From an uncultured Eubacteriales bacterium (GTDB lineage Bacteria; Bacillota; Clostridia; Oscillospirales; CAG-272): a DNA stretch of 64,000 nucleotides. Both the position numbers and the translations under genes were made by a program. Positions 45,642-58,800 of this stretch are shown piece by piece (position 1 is the stretch's first letter; every line of letters begins with the position of its first letter). The DNA lies in contig URDS01000003.1 of NCBI GenBank assembly GCA_900546635.1, positions 252 to 64,251 on the forward strand, read 5' to 3'. The notes below the pieces were generated by a model. That model was given only the letters and a program-made list of their open reading frames with translations. It ran no database searches and was not told the origin of the DNA.

Positions 45642-47729
45642 ATGTTGACATTCGGCAAAACACCGGGGACTGAGAATCCGCCGGCATTTCGGATCCTGCC
45701 GCGGGACGGGGAGGGGCAGGCGCTCTGCACGCTGCTTCCGCCCGAGATCGAACGCGGGGACCGCAGCGTCCTTGGCCTTGAACTTTTGGAACGGACCGCG
45801 GCGGGCGCGTCCTATGCTTCGGACCTGTTTTCGGCTTCGGACAGCGTTTCGGACGAGGGCGGCGGCCTTTTCCGGATTGTCCGCACCGTGAAAAACGTGT
45901 CGGGTATTTCGCAGTCGGTCAAGCTGATCCAGACCGTGCGCGCCGGCTTTGCGCACACGCACTGGCTGATCCCCTGCGTCAATTACAACGGCAACGACTA
46001 CGGGCCGGGCAATTATCCGAAAGGCTTTTTGCGGGACGGCGAGCCCTGGATTTTCGCCTATGACCGCACCGGCATCCCCTCCTGCTCGCTCGGCGAGGAC
46101 GGCGAAACGGTGCTTGCCCTCTTTGCGTCCGACCGCGATCCGCTTTCGCTGACCACGTCGGTGTCGGTCACCTGCAACCCGGACGGCACGCTGAACCACA
46201 AAATCTACTATCCGGTCACCGAGGCGCCCTATTCGTATACCAACACCGATACGCTGACGCCCCGGCTGGACACCTATCTTTCGTTTGAGGCGGGCGAGGA
46301 AAAGCGCTTTGAAACCTATCTGTTTCTCGGCGTCCCGCCCTGGAAAAATTACGGCTTTGCGGCGCTCTGCGACCGGCTGACCGCCCTTTACCGCTTTGAC
46401 GACCGCGCGACCGTGCCCCCGGAGGAAGTTTGGGAGCTCGGCATTCGCTATGCCGGTCAGCTGATTAAGGATTACAAGGGACGCCGCCTCTTCGCTTCGG
46501 CCAGACGCGCGAATCTCGGCGCGCCGGCGTTCGATCCGCCGAAGGACAGCTTTGAAATCGGCTGGGCGGGACAAAACGCCCTGTCCGCGCGGCTGTTTCT
46601 TCTGCACTATATCAAAACCGGCGAGCGCCGCTATCTGGAGGACGGCATGGCCGTACTCGACGCCTGGGCGGAAAAGCAGGACGAGAGCGGCCTGTTCCTC
46701 GCGCACTACGAGTGGTACCCCGACCCCGGCGAGGGGCCGTGGATTCCCGCGCAGTCCGACCCCGGCATCATCGCGAACTTCCATATTCCGGGCGCGATCA
46801 CCCGCTGCGGCAAGGGCTGGTATCCTGAAGCCTGCAATCTCGGCTGGGGCGCGCTTGAGTTTGCCAAATCCTACGCGCTGCTCAAATCCATCGGCGTCGA
46901 AAAGCCCGAATATCTGAACTTTGCCGTGCGCACCTGCGATTTCTTCCTTGCGCACTTTACCGAGACCGAGGGCTTCGGCAAATCCTGGCGCTTTGACGGC
47001 ACGTCTTTTGACGCGACCGGCACGATCGGCGGCTTTGTGATTCCGGCGCTCCTTGAAGTGTACAAATGCACCGGGGCGGAAAAGTACCTCGATATGGCTG
47101 GGCGCGGCCTTGCGTTTTACGCCCGGCGGGACGTGGACGCGTTTGCCTGCACCGCGGGGGCTATAGACTGCGCGTGCGTGGACAAGGAAACCGTGTATCC
47201 GCTGATGGTCTCGGCGCTCGATCTCTATGATCTGACAAAAGACGCGCAGTATCTCGAATGGGCGAAAAAATGCGGCTATTATTTCTTCTCCTGGGCGTAT
47301 CACTACGATTGCCTCTACCCCGAAACCTCGGATTTTGCCCGCTACGGGTATCATACGCGGGGCGGCACGGCGGTTTCGGCGCAGCATCACGCGATCGACT
47401 CCTGGGGCTCGCTGCTCGTGCCCGAGTTCTTCCGCCTGTGGCGGCTGACCGGGGAGGACGCCTGGCGGGTTCGCGCCTACTCGATGTGGTGCAACGCGAC
47501 GCTCTGCATCGCCCGGGACGAAAACTATGTCATCAACGGCACGCCCCGCCCGGTCGGCAGTCAGAACGAAGCGTTTTTCCAGACGCGCTGGACGCGCTAC
47601 CGCCCGACGCCGGAGGAACGCGGGCATTTCAACAACTGGCTGATCGCCTGGGTCAGCGCCTACCGGCTGAACGCGCTCGATAAGCTGAACAGCGTGCTCG
47701 GCGAGGCCGACTGGTCGCTGCTTTCATAA
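45642..47729 (+). CDS. Putative six-hairpin (alpha/alpha)6-type glycoside-active enzyme, family not assigned
   Basis: 695 aa with no signal peptide. The C-terminal half has repeated helical-hairpin patterns (LLEVYKCTGAEKYLDMA, LDLYDLTKDAQYLEWAKK, FFRLWRLTGEDAWRV). Lies next to lacZ. Confidence 0.45.
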   Translation: MLTFGKTPGTENPPAFRILPRDGEGQALCTLLPPEIERGDRSVLGLELLERTAAGASYASDLFSASDSVSDEGGGLFRIVRTVKNVSGISQSVKLIQTVRAGFAHTHWLIPCVNYNGNDYGPGNYPKGFLRDGEPWIFAYDRTGIPSCSLGEDGETVLALFASDRDPLSLTTSVSVTCNPDGTLNHKIYYPVTEAPYSYTNTDTLTPRLDTYLSFEAGEEKRFETYLFLGVPPWKNYGFAALCDRLTALYRFDDRATVPPEEVWELGIRYAGQLIKDYKGRRLFASARRANLGAPAFDPPKDSFEIGWAGQNALSARLFLLHYIKTGERRYLEDGMAVLDAWAEKQDESGLFLAHYEWYPDPGEGPWIPAQSDPGIIANFHIPGAITRCGKGWYPEACNLGWGALEFAKSYALLKSIGVEKPEYLNFAVRTCDFFLAHFTETEGFGKSWRFDGTSFDATGTIGGFVIPALLEVYKCTGAEKYLDMAGRGLAFYARRDVDAFACTAGAIDCACVDKETVYPLMVSALDLYDLTKDAQYLEWAKKCGYYFFSWAYHYDCLYPETSDFARYGYHTRGGTAVSAQHHAIDSWGSLLVPEFFRLWRLTGEDAWRVRAYSMWCNATLCIARDENYVINGTPRPVGSQNEAFFQTRWTRYRPTPEERGHFNNWLIAWVSAYRLNALDKLNSVLGEADWSLLS

Positions 47730-47770
47730 AAAATCCGCGAAAAATCCGGCGCAGATCTACATTCGGATAA

Positions 47771-50839
<3,069 letters not shown>

Positions 50840-51415
50840 GGACATACGTTTTTTCCGCGTCCGCGGCGAATCCGACGCCAGCGTCAGCCCCGCGCGTCCG
50901 CGGCGAATCCGGCGCCAGCGTCAGCCCCGCGCGGCGGGAAAATACCCCGCGCTTTTGCCGGAGCAGATTGCGCGCCGCCGTGTGATAACCCGTTTTAAAG
51001 GCAGCCCCGCGCGGCGGTGAAAAGCCGGGATGGCCGCGCGATACCGCCCCCTCCGCCTGAAAAACCGGCCTCATCTGCGGGAACGCTTGGCGCTTTCCAT
51101 ATTTTGCATGGCGCGTTTGCGGAAAATTTTGAAAGTTTTTCTTGCGCGGCTTTGTAAAATTCTGTACAATGAATACAGAAAGCCGCGCGCAGTCTCACCG
51201 AGGCGGGCGCGTTTGGCGGCGGGCGCTTGTATGCCCGGATCGCAGTTTTTCCAAAGCGCGCAGCCATGGATTTTGTGCAGTTATTCTAATTGGTGTTCCG
51301 TTTTGTTGGCACATCTATACAAAAACGCCCGAAAATCGTAATTTTTGTCCGTTTTTATGCTTCGATTTGTCTTGCAAGACCGCATTGTTTTTTGTTACCA
51401 TAATAAAAGAAGAGC

Positions 51416-52282
51416 ATGACGGGAAGTCAAGCGCAAAAACGGACGAACGCAAATTCGGCGCAGTATGCGGGAGGGACAGGATTGCTCAGAGAGGAATACA
51501 AACTGACCGAAAAACGGCTGCCCGGACTGAATCCGGTCAGCTACGGACAGCAGAAATGCGAGCCCGGATTTTCGGTGAACGTACCGCGGCCCTATTGGGT
51601 TTTGCATTTTGTTGTCGCGGGTAAGGGGCGGTTCTTTACGGGCGGCGCCTCCTATGACATCAAGCCCGCGCAGATTTTTGTGATTCACCCGCACCAGACG
51701 CACGAGTACCGCGCGGACGACGCCGATCCGTGGCATTATATGTGGGTCTGCTTTGACAGCGACATCGACCTGCCGCAGATTCTCGGCACCGATGTGATTA
51801 CCGCGCCCGACTGCGGGCGGATCTTCTCGGAAATTTTGGAAGCGACGCACCTGGAAGCCGGGAAAGAGGAGTACCTGAGCGGGAAAATCTGGGAACTGAT
51901 GAGCGCGCTTTTGCGGCTTGAAGCCGGCCGGCAGAGCCGCCAGAACCCGTATGTTGTCAAGGCAAAGCGATATATCGAACAAAATTATATGACCGGCATC
52001 CGCGTGACCGACATCGCGCGGGAACTGAATCTTGACCGCAGCTATTTCAGCACGCTGTTTCGGAAATACACCGGCGTTTCGCCGCAGCAGTATCTGAACG
52101 ATTACCGGCTGGAACGCGCGGCGCACCGGCTGGCGCTCGGAGAGGATTCGGTCGCGGCGGCCGCCTATTATACCGGCTACAGCGATATTGTGAATTTTTC
52201 CCGGATGTTCAAAAAACATTTCGGCGTGGCGCCGAGCAAATACCGGGAAATGATTATGACCCACGCGGGGCTGATTCCCTGA
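51416..52282 (+). CDS. AraC-family transcriptional regulator
   Basis: Cupin-like N-terminus (WVLHFVVAGKG). C-terminal double HTH (ITDIARELNLDRSYFSTLFRKYTGVSPQQY ... YSDIVNFSRMFKKHFGVAPSKYR). The exact start is uncertain. Confidence 0.85.
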   Translation: MTGSQAQKRTNANSAQYAGGTGLLREEYKLTEKRLPGLNPVSYGQQKCEPGFSVNVPRPYWVLHFVVAGKGRFFTGGASYDIKPAQIFVIHPHQTHEYRADDADPWHYMWVCFDSDIDLPQILGTDVITAPDCGRIFSEILEATHLEAGKEEYLSGKIWELMSALLRLEAGRQSRQNPYVVKAKRYIEQNYMTGIRVTDIARELNLDRSYFSTLFRKYTGVSPQQYLNDYRLERAAHRLALGEDSVAAAAYYTGYSDIVNFSRMFKKHFGVAPSKYREMIMTHAGLIP

Positions 52283-52503
52283 TTTTGTGCAATCCATACA
52301 AAAAAACGTGCAAAAAATTTCAATGACAACGCGAATATCGGTAAAAAACCCCGCATTTTTTGCACGAAACAACATTGTGCATATCATTTCACACAAATGA
52401 CGCTGTTGTATGCGCGCTTCGGAATGCTATGATTAGCATACAGACAGGGCAAAACCAAATTTTTATAGTATCCAAATTATAGTACATAGAAAGGAAATGC
52501 GTT

Positions 52504-54024
52504 ATGTTTAACATGAAAAAAGCAATAACCCTTGCGCTGTGCGCGGCAATGCTGCTCAGCACCATGGCGTTGTTTGCCTGCGGCGAAAAGGAGCCCGTAA
52601 ACACAAGCGGTTCCGATCCGGTTTCGGACACGACACCGGCTTCTACGGAGGATACGACGGAGGCAACCGACCCTGTGGACGTGTTCACCCCGGTGGAGCA
52701 GAAGTATGAGGGCGACTTCAACCTTCTGGTTTCGGGAAAGGCGTCGGACTGCAACGTCGAGTTCAAGGACTTCTCCGCACTGGATGAAGGATACGAAAAA
52801 ACGCAGCTTGAAGAGGCCGTTTACCGGAAAAACGCCGCCGTGGAGGAACTGTACGGCATTCATCTGAATGTGATCGAGGACATGGGCGGCAGCAATCAGG
52901 GCTATCAGAAGCTGCTCACCGCCGCGACCGCGGGCAGTTCCGACTATGACGCGGCCATCATCGCGGCGTATGACGCCATTCCGCTGGCCACGGCGGACGC
53001 GCTGTATGAGCTCGGCTCCATCGAGTCGCTCCACCTGAACAATTCCTGGTGGGACCAGCGCGCCAACGGCGACCTGAAGATTCACGACGTGCTCTTCTTT
53101 GCCACCGGTGACATCACGGTTTGGGACGATATGCAGCAGAACGTGGTCGGCTTTAACAAACAGGTCAAAGCGGACCATAATATCGAGGATGATTTCTACG
53201 AGGTCGTCGCGGACGGCAAGTGGACGCTCGAAGCGCTGGCAACCTACGCCAAGGAAGTCACCGAGGATCTCAACCAGGACGGCAAATACGACATGACCGA
53301 CAAGTTCGGCATCATCACCTGGGACGACTCGACCTATGCGGTGTTCGGCGGCAGCGGTGAAAAGGTTGTTACGGTCGGCGACGACGGCGAGCTTTCGCTG
53401 ACGCTGACCGGCAGCGAGCGCATCGTGGATGTCATGACCAAATACACCAATATCTGCTTCGGCGGCGACGCGATCAACTATCAGCGCTATACCTCCAAAG
53501 AAGCGATCACGATGTTCTCTACCAACCGCGCGCTCTTCTTCCTCGGACGGCTTCAGTCGCTCGACAACTACCGCGACATGGAGACCGATTACGGTATTCT
53601 GCCCTATCCGAAATACGATGCCGACCAGGAAGAGTACTATTCCATGCCCTCCCCGTATCATATGACCTTCGTCTGCGTGCCTGTGATGGCCGGCGATCCC
53701 GAAAAATCGGGCGCGGTTTTGGAGGCGCTTGCTTACTACGGCAAGGAATACATGACCGGCGCTTACTACGACACGACGCTGACCGGCCAGTATTTCCGCG
53801 ATGAGAACAGCGTGGCGACGCTCGAACTGATGGCCGCGACCCGTACCTATGACATCGGATTCTATGTTCAGCCCGGCAATATCAACAAGGAACTGATCTT
53901 CCTCTTCCGCAAGGGAAGCACGGATTTCGTTTCGACGTTTGATTCCTATAAGGACGCTGCGACCGCGGCGCTCGCGCAGGTAAACGAGAAATACAAAGAG
54001 GCGGCTGAGGTCTGGGCACAGTAA
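52504..54024 (+). CDS. Extracellular solute-binding lipoprotein (ABC-type, orphan)
   Basis: Lipobox LFACGEK. 506 aa, typical large carbohydrate SBP composition. No permease or ATPase genes adjacent. Confidence 0.7.
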   Translation: MFNMKKAITLALCAAMLLSTMALFACGEKEPVNTSGSDPVSDTTPASTEDTTEATDPVDVFTPVEQKYEGDFNLLVSGKASDCNVEFKDFSALDEGYEKTQLEEAVYRKNAAVEELYGIHLNVIEDMGGSNQGYQKLLTAATAGSSDYDAAIIAAYDAIPLATADALYELGSIESLHLNNSWWDQRANGDLKIHDVLFFATGDITVWDDMQQNVVGFNKQVKADHNIEDDFYEVVADGKWTLEALATYAKEVTEDLNQDGKYDMTDKFGIITWDDSTYAVFGGSGEKVVTVGDDGELSLTLTGSERIVDVMTKYTNICFGGDAINYQRYTSKEAITMFSTNRALFFLGRLQSLDNYRDMETDYGILPYPKYDADQEEYYSMPSPYHMTFVCVPVMAGDPEKSGAVLEALAYYGKEYMTGAYYDTTLTGQYFRDENSVATLELMAATRTYDIGFYVQPGNINKELIFLFRKGSTDFVSTFDSYKDAATAALAQVNEKYKEAAEVWAQ

Positions 54025-54072
54025 CAAGCTGTGCCGGCCGGCGGGGTCTTGATGATAAGAAAGGTGGAACTT

Positions 54073-55482
54073 ATGAAAAAATTTAGAATTTTCCTGACCG
54101 TGCTCTGCGTCATGCTTGCCATGACCGCGCTTGCCGTAACCGCGTCCGCCGCGGGTACGGTGTACCTGAAAGATGGCGGCATCGGAGACGGATCAAGCGC
54201 CGCCGCGCCCCTCGGCGATCTTGCGGACGCAATGTCCGCGCTGCCAAACGGCGGTACGGTTGTGCTTTCGGGCGACTATACGCTGAAAAATTCGGCAAAC
54301 TATGACGCCGCGCTGCCTTCGTTTACGGCGCCGGCGACAAACGGCACAATTACGATCACGTCTGAGAACGGCGGCCGCCTGATTTTCAATTCGGGCGCGC
54401 GCTTCTTCTGCACCGGCAATATCGTGTTCAAGAACGTTACGCTCTACAACGCGGACGGCAAGACGGCTGTTATGGCCGCGCGCTTCTTTGAACTCACGTT
54501 TGACGAGGGCTGCGTGATGGATAATTTCTCCGAGTTTATCGTTGTCGGCGGTATGGAGCATACCAATGAAACCGTGGGCGTACCGGATGAGGATTATTCC
54601 AAGGATACGCACATTACGCTGCGCTCAGGCACGTTTGCCGAGATTGTCGGTCTCGGCAGAAACGTGGGACGCGCAAAGGGAAAAGCGGTCTATACCGGTA
54701 CGGCCAACCTGACCATCGGCGGCACGGCTGAGGTGAAAAAGGTGTTCGGCTGCTACCGCTGGGGCTCTGCGGCGGAAACGAACGGCAAGGCTAACATCAC
54801 GCTGGACGGCGGCTCTGTCGGTCTGTTTATCACGGCCTGCGGCGCCGAGCAGCATGCCTATACCTGCGACGTCAACGTTAAAATCACCGAAAATATGATT
54901 CCCGCAAACTATTTCACGCTTAAAGAACCCGGCTGGGGTTCGGACGCGGTTTGGTACGGCCTGACGGCGGGCGGCGCGTACGGTACGGTTGCCCTCAATT
55001 ACGGCACGACGAAGCTTGACCTCTCCTCTGCGAAAAACGTCACCGACGAGTGGCTGAAGAGCTATGTGTATCTCGATTCGTTCGGCACCGTGATTTCCTA
55101 CGGTCAGTCCGGCACCGTTATTAAAATGACCATTGGCGACATGAACGGTTATGTCAACGGCGTGGCGAAGAAGCTGGACGCCGCTCCGATTATCCGTCAG
55201 GACCGCACGATGCTGCCGGTTCGCTTTGTCGCTGAAAACCTCGGCGCTGCGGTTGCTTGGGACGGCGCTACGAGCACGGCGACGCTCACGAGCGGCACGA
55301 CCGAAATCAAAATCACGATCGGCGCAAAGACGGCGACGGTCAACGGCGTGGAGAAACCCCTTGACGCGCCTGCGTTCATCGAAAATTCGAGAACCTATCT
55401 GCCGGTCCGTTTCGTAGCGGAAGCGCTCGGCGCCGCGGTTGCCTGGGACGGCGCTACCAGCACGGCGACCCTTACGAAATAA
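54073..55482 (+). CDS. Secreted protein: one beta-helix-like module plus two copper-amine-oxidase-N-like stalk repeats
   Basis: Start ATG 54073 (AAGGTGGA RBS) with a signal peptide. Module GTVYLKDGGIGDGSSAAAPLGDLADAMSALPNGGTVVLSG. C-terminus has 2x ..RTMLPVRFVAENLGAAVAWDGATSTATLT.. Confidence 0.75.
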   Translation: MKKFRIFLTVLCVMLAMTALAVTASAAGTVYLKDGGIGDGSSAAAPLGDLADAMSALPNGGTVVLSGDYTLKNSANYDAALPSFTAPATNGTITITSENGGRLIFNSGARFFCTGNIVFKNVTLYNADGKTAVMAARFFELTFDEGCVMDNFSEFIVVGGMEHTNETVGVPDEDYSKDTHITLRSGTFAEIVGLGRNVGRAKGKAVYTGTANLTIGGTAEVKKVFGCYRWGSAAETNGKANITLDGGSVGLFITACGAEQHAYTCDVNVKITENMIPANYFTLKEPGWGSDAVWYGLTAGGAYGTVALNYGTTKLDLSSAKNVTDEWLKSYVYLDSFGTVISYGQSGTVIKMTIGDMNGYVNGVAKKLDAAPIIRQDRTMLPVRFVAENLGAAVAWDGATSTATLTSGTTEIKITIGAKTATVNGVEKPLDAPAFIENSRTYLPVRFVAEALGAAVAWDGATSTATLTK

Positions 55483-55580
55483 AACCGGATAAATCCGGTA
55501 GCGTCGGCGCGATTTTCCGCACTTGGAACATGCTTTTCGGCGCGGAAGCCGCGCGAAAGGGCGATCGGAACAGGCGCGCT

Positions 55581-55680
55581 GCCGGCGCAAGTTCTGCACC
55601 GGCGCAAATGGTACCGACGCCGGCGCAAGTGAAACGCCGACGCAAGTGAAACGCCGGCGCAAGTGAAACGCCGGTCAAAT
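55581..55680. repeat. Short tandem repeats (17-nt period, ~3.5 good copies plus degenerate ones) upstream of the giant gene
   Basis: ACGCCGGCGCAAGTGAA / ACGCCGACGCAAGTGAA / ACGCCGGCGCAAGTGAA / ACGCCGGTCAAATG, preceded by CCGGCGCAAGTTCTGCACCGGCGCAAATGG. Confidence 0.75.
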
Positions 55681-55886
55681 GCGATACCTGAAGATTTTTT
55701 GAAAAACGGCGCGGTTATTTGAAAACTGCCCTACGCTGTCAATATGTGCTGTCATTTTCCCGCGGCCGGATCTGAGATTCGGCTGCGGGATAAAGGTCGG
55801 GCGTACTTTGCCGCGCGCACATGGTTTTGACAGGATGGACGGCTGTAACCGCGCCGTTTGTAACCGAAAGGAAAGGATTCCCCTAA

Positions 55887-58800
55887 ATGAAACTAAAACG
55901 CATTTTCCTCTTTCTGTTTTGCGCCGCTTTGCTGTTCGCCGCGCTCTCTCTTTCCCCGGCGGCAGAGCAGAAGTATGTTTTTGTCAGTGATTCCGGCGAC
56001 CTCAAAAACTCTGGTCTTTCGGATTCCGAGCCTGTAAAAACGCTTGGACAGGCTTTTCAAAAGCTGGGCGCGGACGGCGGCACGGTCGTCGTCTGCGGCG
56101 TGACGACGCTGGACTCCGCGGCGATGGCCGCGTTTCCAAAGCGCGACAGCCTCATCACCTTTACCAGTACATGGGACGGCGTGGATTACAGTGCCAAAGG
56201 CGCGCGCCTCTCAATTCAAACCAGCGTGTTTCTCGGCGGGCCGACCAAGTTTGAAAACATCAAGCTGACTTCCGGAAACGGCGTCAACATCTTTTGTTGC
56301 GGCAACGATTTGACCATGGGCGGCGGTATCACCTGCCAGTACGCGCAAAATCCGATGGCCATTTGGGGCGGAACCGACTGCGCAAAACTGACGGTCGCGC
56401 ATATGGCGGACTATTTTGACTATACGATTCAGATCGACAGCGGAACCTTTTGGTATGTCCGCGGCGGCAGTCTCCGCTCGGACGAGACGCAGCCGGTCGG
56501 AACCATAGGCGATGTGACCATTCTCATCAACGGGGGCACCTTTACCTCGACATCCACTGCGCCGGACAAAAACGGCATCATTGCCGTGTCGGGCTTTGAC
56601 GCGCTCTACGGGGACGCCCGCATCATCATCAACGGCGGCACCATCAACTGCTCGGTCATGGGCATCGGCCGGCCGGGCTATAATTCCACCGTTTCCAACA
56701 ACGCCTACTCTAAAGGGGACGTACATATCACGATAAACGGCGGCAATTTCCGCGCGGGCGCCAAAATCGGCGCGGTGCACGACACGGTGGCGAGCTATGT
56801 CGGCGGCGACTTTTATCTGACGGTCAGCGGCGGGTATTTCCCGGCTTCGTTCGGCGGCTTTGACGCGCAGTGCGTGCGCGGAACCGCGTTTGCCGACATC
56901 GTGCCGACGATCAGCCAGCCGATGACCGGCTTTGCGAGAACGGTTTTTGTCAGCGGCAGCGGCAATGACGCGGCAAGCGGAAAGACAGCCGATATGCCGA
57001 AGAAAACGCTTTCCGCGGCGGCCGCGGCGCTCTTTGGCGAGGGCGGCGTGATCGTCGTCTGCGGCGATACGCAGGCCGGCGCCGAAACGCTGGCGGCTTA
57101 TTCCAAAACGCTCCGCATCACCGGCGCTTGGGCGGGCAAGGACTACCGCGCGGAGGGCGCAAAGCTGATACTTGACGGCACGCTCACGCTTGGCGGCGAC
57201 ACGCGCCTTGAGGGGCTGACGATTGCCGGCAGCGGCGGCTTCAACGCCGCGGGGCATGACCTGCTCGCCGGACAGAATCTCATCTGCACGGGCGCCGTGT
57301 CGCTGGACGGCGGCGCGGGCGGCGAGACGCACGGCGTTACCGTGCGTTCGGGCAGCTTTTCGGAAATTCGCGGCGGCAGTGTGACCGACAGCGGCGCGTC
57401 CACCTATGTACTGCTTGAGGACGGCAGCGTCGGCACGATTTACGGCGGCGGCGCGGGTACGCGCGGCGGCTGTATGGTGTCCGTGCGCGGCGGCAGCGTG
57501 ACAAACGCGGTTTACGCCGCCGAGGCGGGCACGCCCGCGGGCTGCGGCATCGAACTGCTCGGCGGCACGGTTGCGGGCGTCGTTGCGCCCGCAGCGTCCG
57601 GCACGGTCGCGAAATACAGCCTGCAAAACCGGGGCGCGTCCCTCACGGCTTCCGTGAATGAGAGCGGCGCGCAGTCGCTCTATGAAAGCGGCGCGGTCGT
57701 CTTTGTCCGCGACGGGGCGGAGGGCGACGGAACTTCGCCGGTGAACGCCATGGGCGACATCACCGAGGCTTCGGCAAAGCTCAGCGGCGGCGGTACCATC
57801 GTCGTCTGCGGAAAAGTGGCGCCGCAAAACGGAAAAACGCTCCGGTACACGGGCGGCAAGGTGACGATCACTTCCTTCTACGGCGGCCTTGACTATGCGG
57901 TGCTGGACGACGCGCAGATCGAACTTTGGAAATATCTGTCGCTTGCGGACGAGACCGAGATCCGCGACATCAAAATCGTCGCGGCGGCAAACGATACCTA
58001 TATCTCCGCCGAGGGCAACCGCCTGACGGTCGGCGAGGGTGTCGAGTGCGAAATCTTTTATGACAACCGCACCGAGGACTATCCCGATCTTGTCGCCGGG
58101 TCGGTGGTAAACGCGCCGAGCCTCAAAAAGAATCCGACGATCCTTGTATACAGCGGCACATGGGGCAGTCTTTGCGGCGGCCAGTTTACCACAAAGCTTG
58201 ACGCTTCGGCCTCCCGCCGCCTGACCGGCGATATTACGCTGACCGTTCGCGGCGGCACCTTTACCGACGACTGCTTTGTCGGCGGCATCAACAACCTGAC
58301 CGGAAACGCGGTGCTGAATGCCGAGGGCGGCACATTTGCCTGCTCGGTCTTCGGCATGGCGGGCGAGGCGCTCGCCTATACCGGCAATATCACGGTCAAT
58401 GCCGCGGGCAGCGCGTTTGAGGGCGACATCCGCGCGGCGCAGGACAAAACGCCGACCTTCAGCGGCGTTTATACGTTGAACATCGCCGGATCGGACGTCA
58501 GCCGCGCAAGCTCGATTCTCGGTACCGACGGCCTTGCGGGCGGCGGATCCTCCGCCGTCAATATTGCCGAGGGCGTCGATCTGACAGCGGCGCTTTCGGG
58601 CAGAATCGAGTATCAGAACCCCATAGCGGGCTTTGCTGACCCGTCCATTGTGTACGCGGACGGATGGTATTACTACACGTTTGCAAAAGATTACAAATCC
58701 AAACCGGCCGTCTGGATGGCCAAAGCGGCCAACCTCTGCGACATCGGCAAGGTAGAGCCGGTGCTTGTCTGGGGACAGGCGGTGTCAAACGACGGTGAGG

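Noticed and set aside
45576-47627. 683-aa minus-strand ORF
   Set aside because: It is antisense to the 695-aa plus-strand gene, which has an RBS and structured helical repeats. The minus product is Arg/Pro/Ala-rich junk.
52477-54027. 516-aa minus-strand ORF
   Set aside because: Antisense to the solute-binding lipoprotein gene, which has a lipobox and an RBS.
56211-57827. 538-aa minus-strand ORF
   Set aside because: Shadow of the 1440-aa gene, with Arg/Ala-rich composition.
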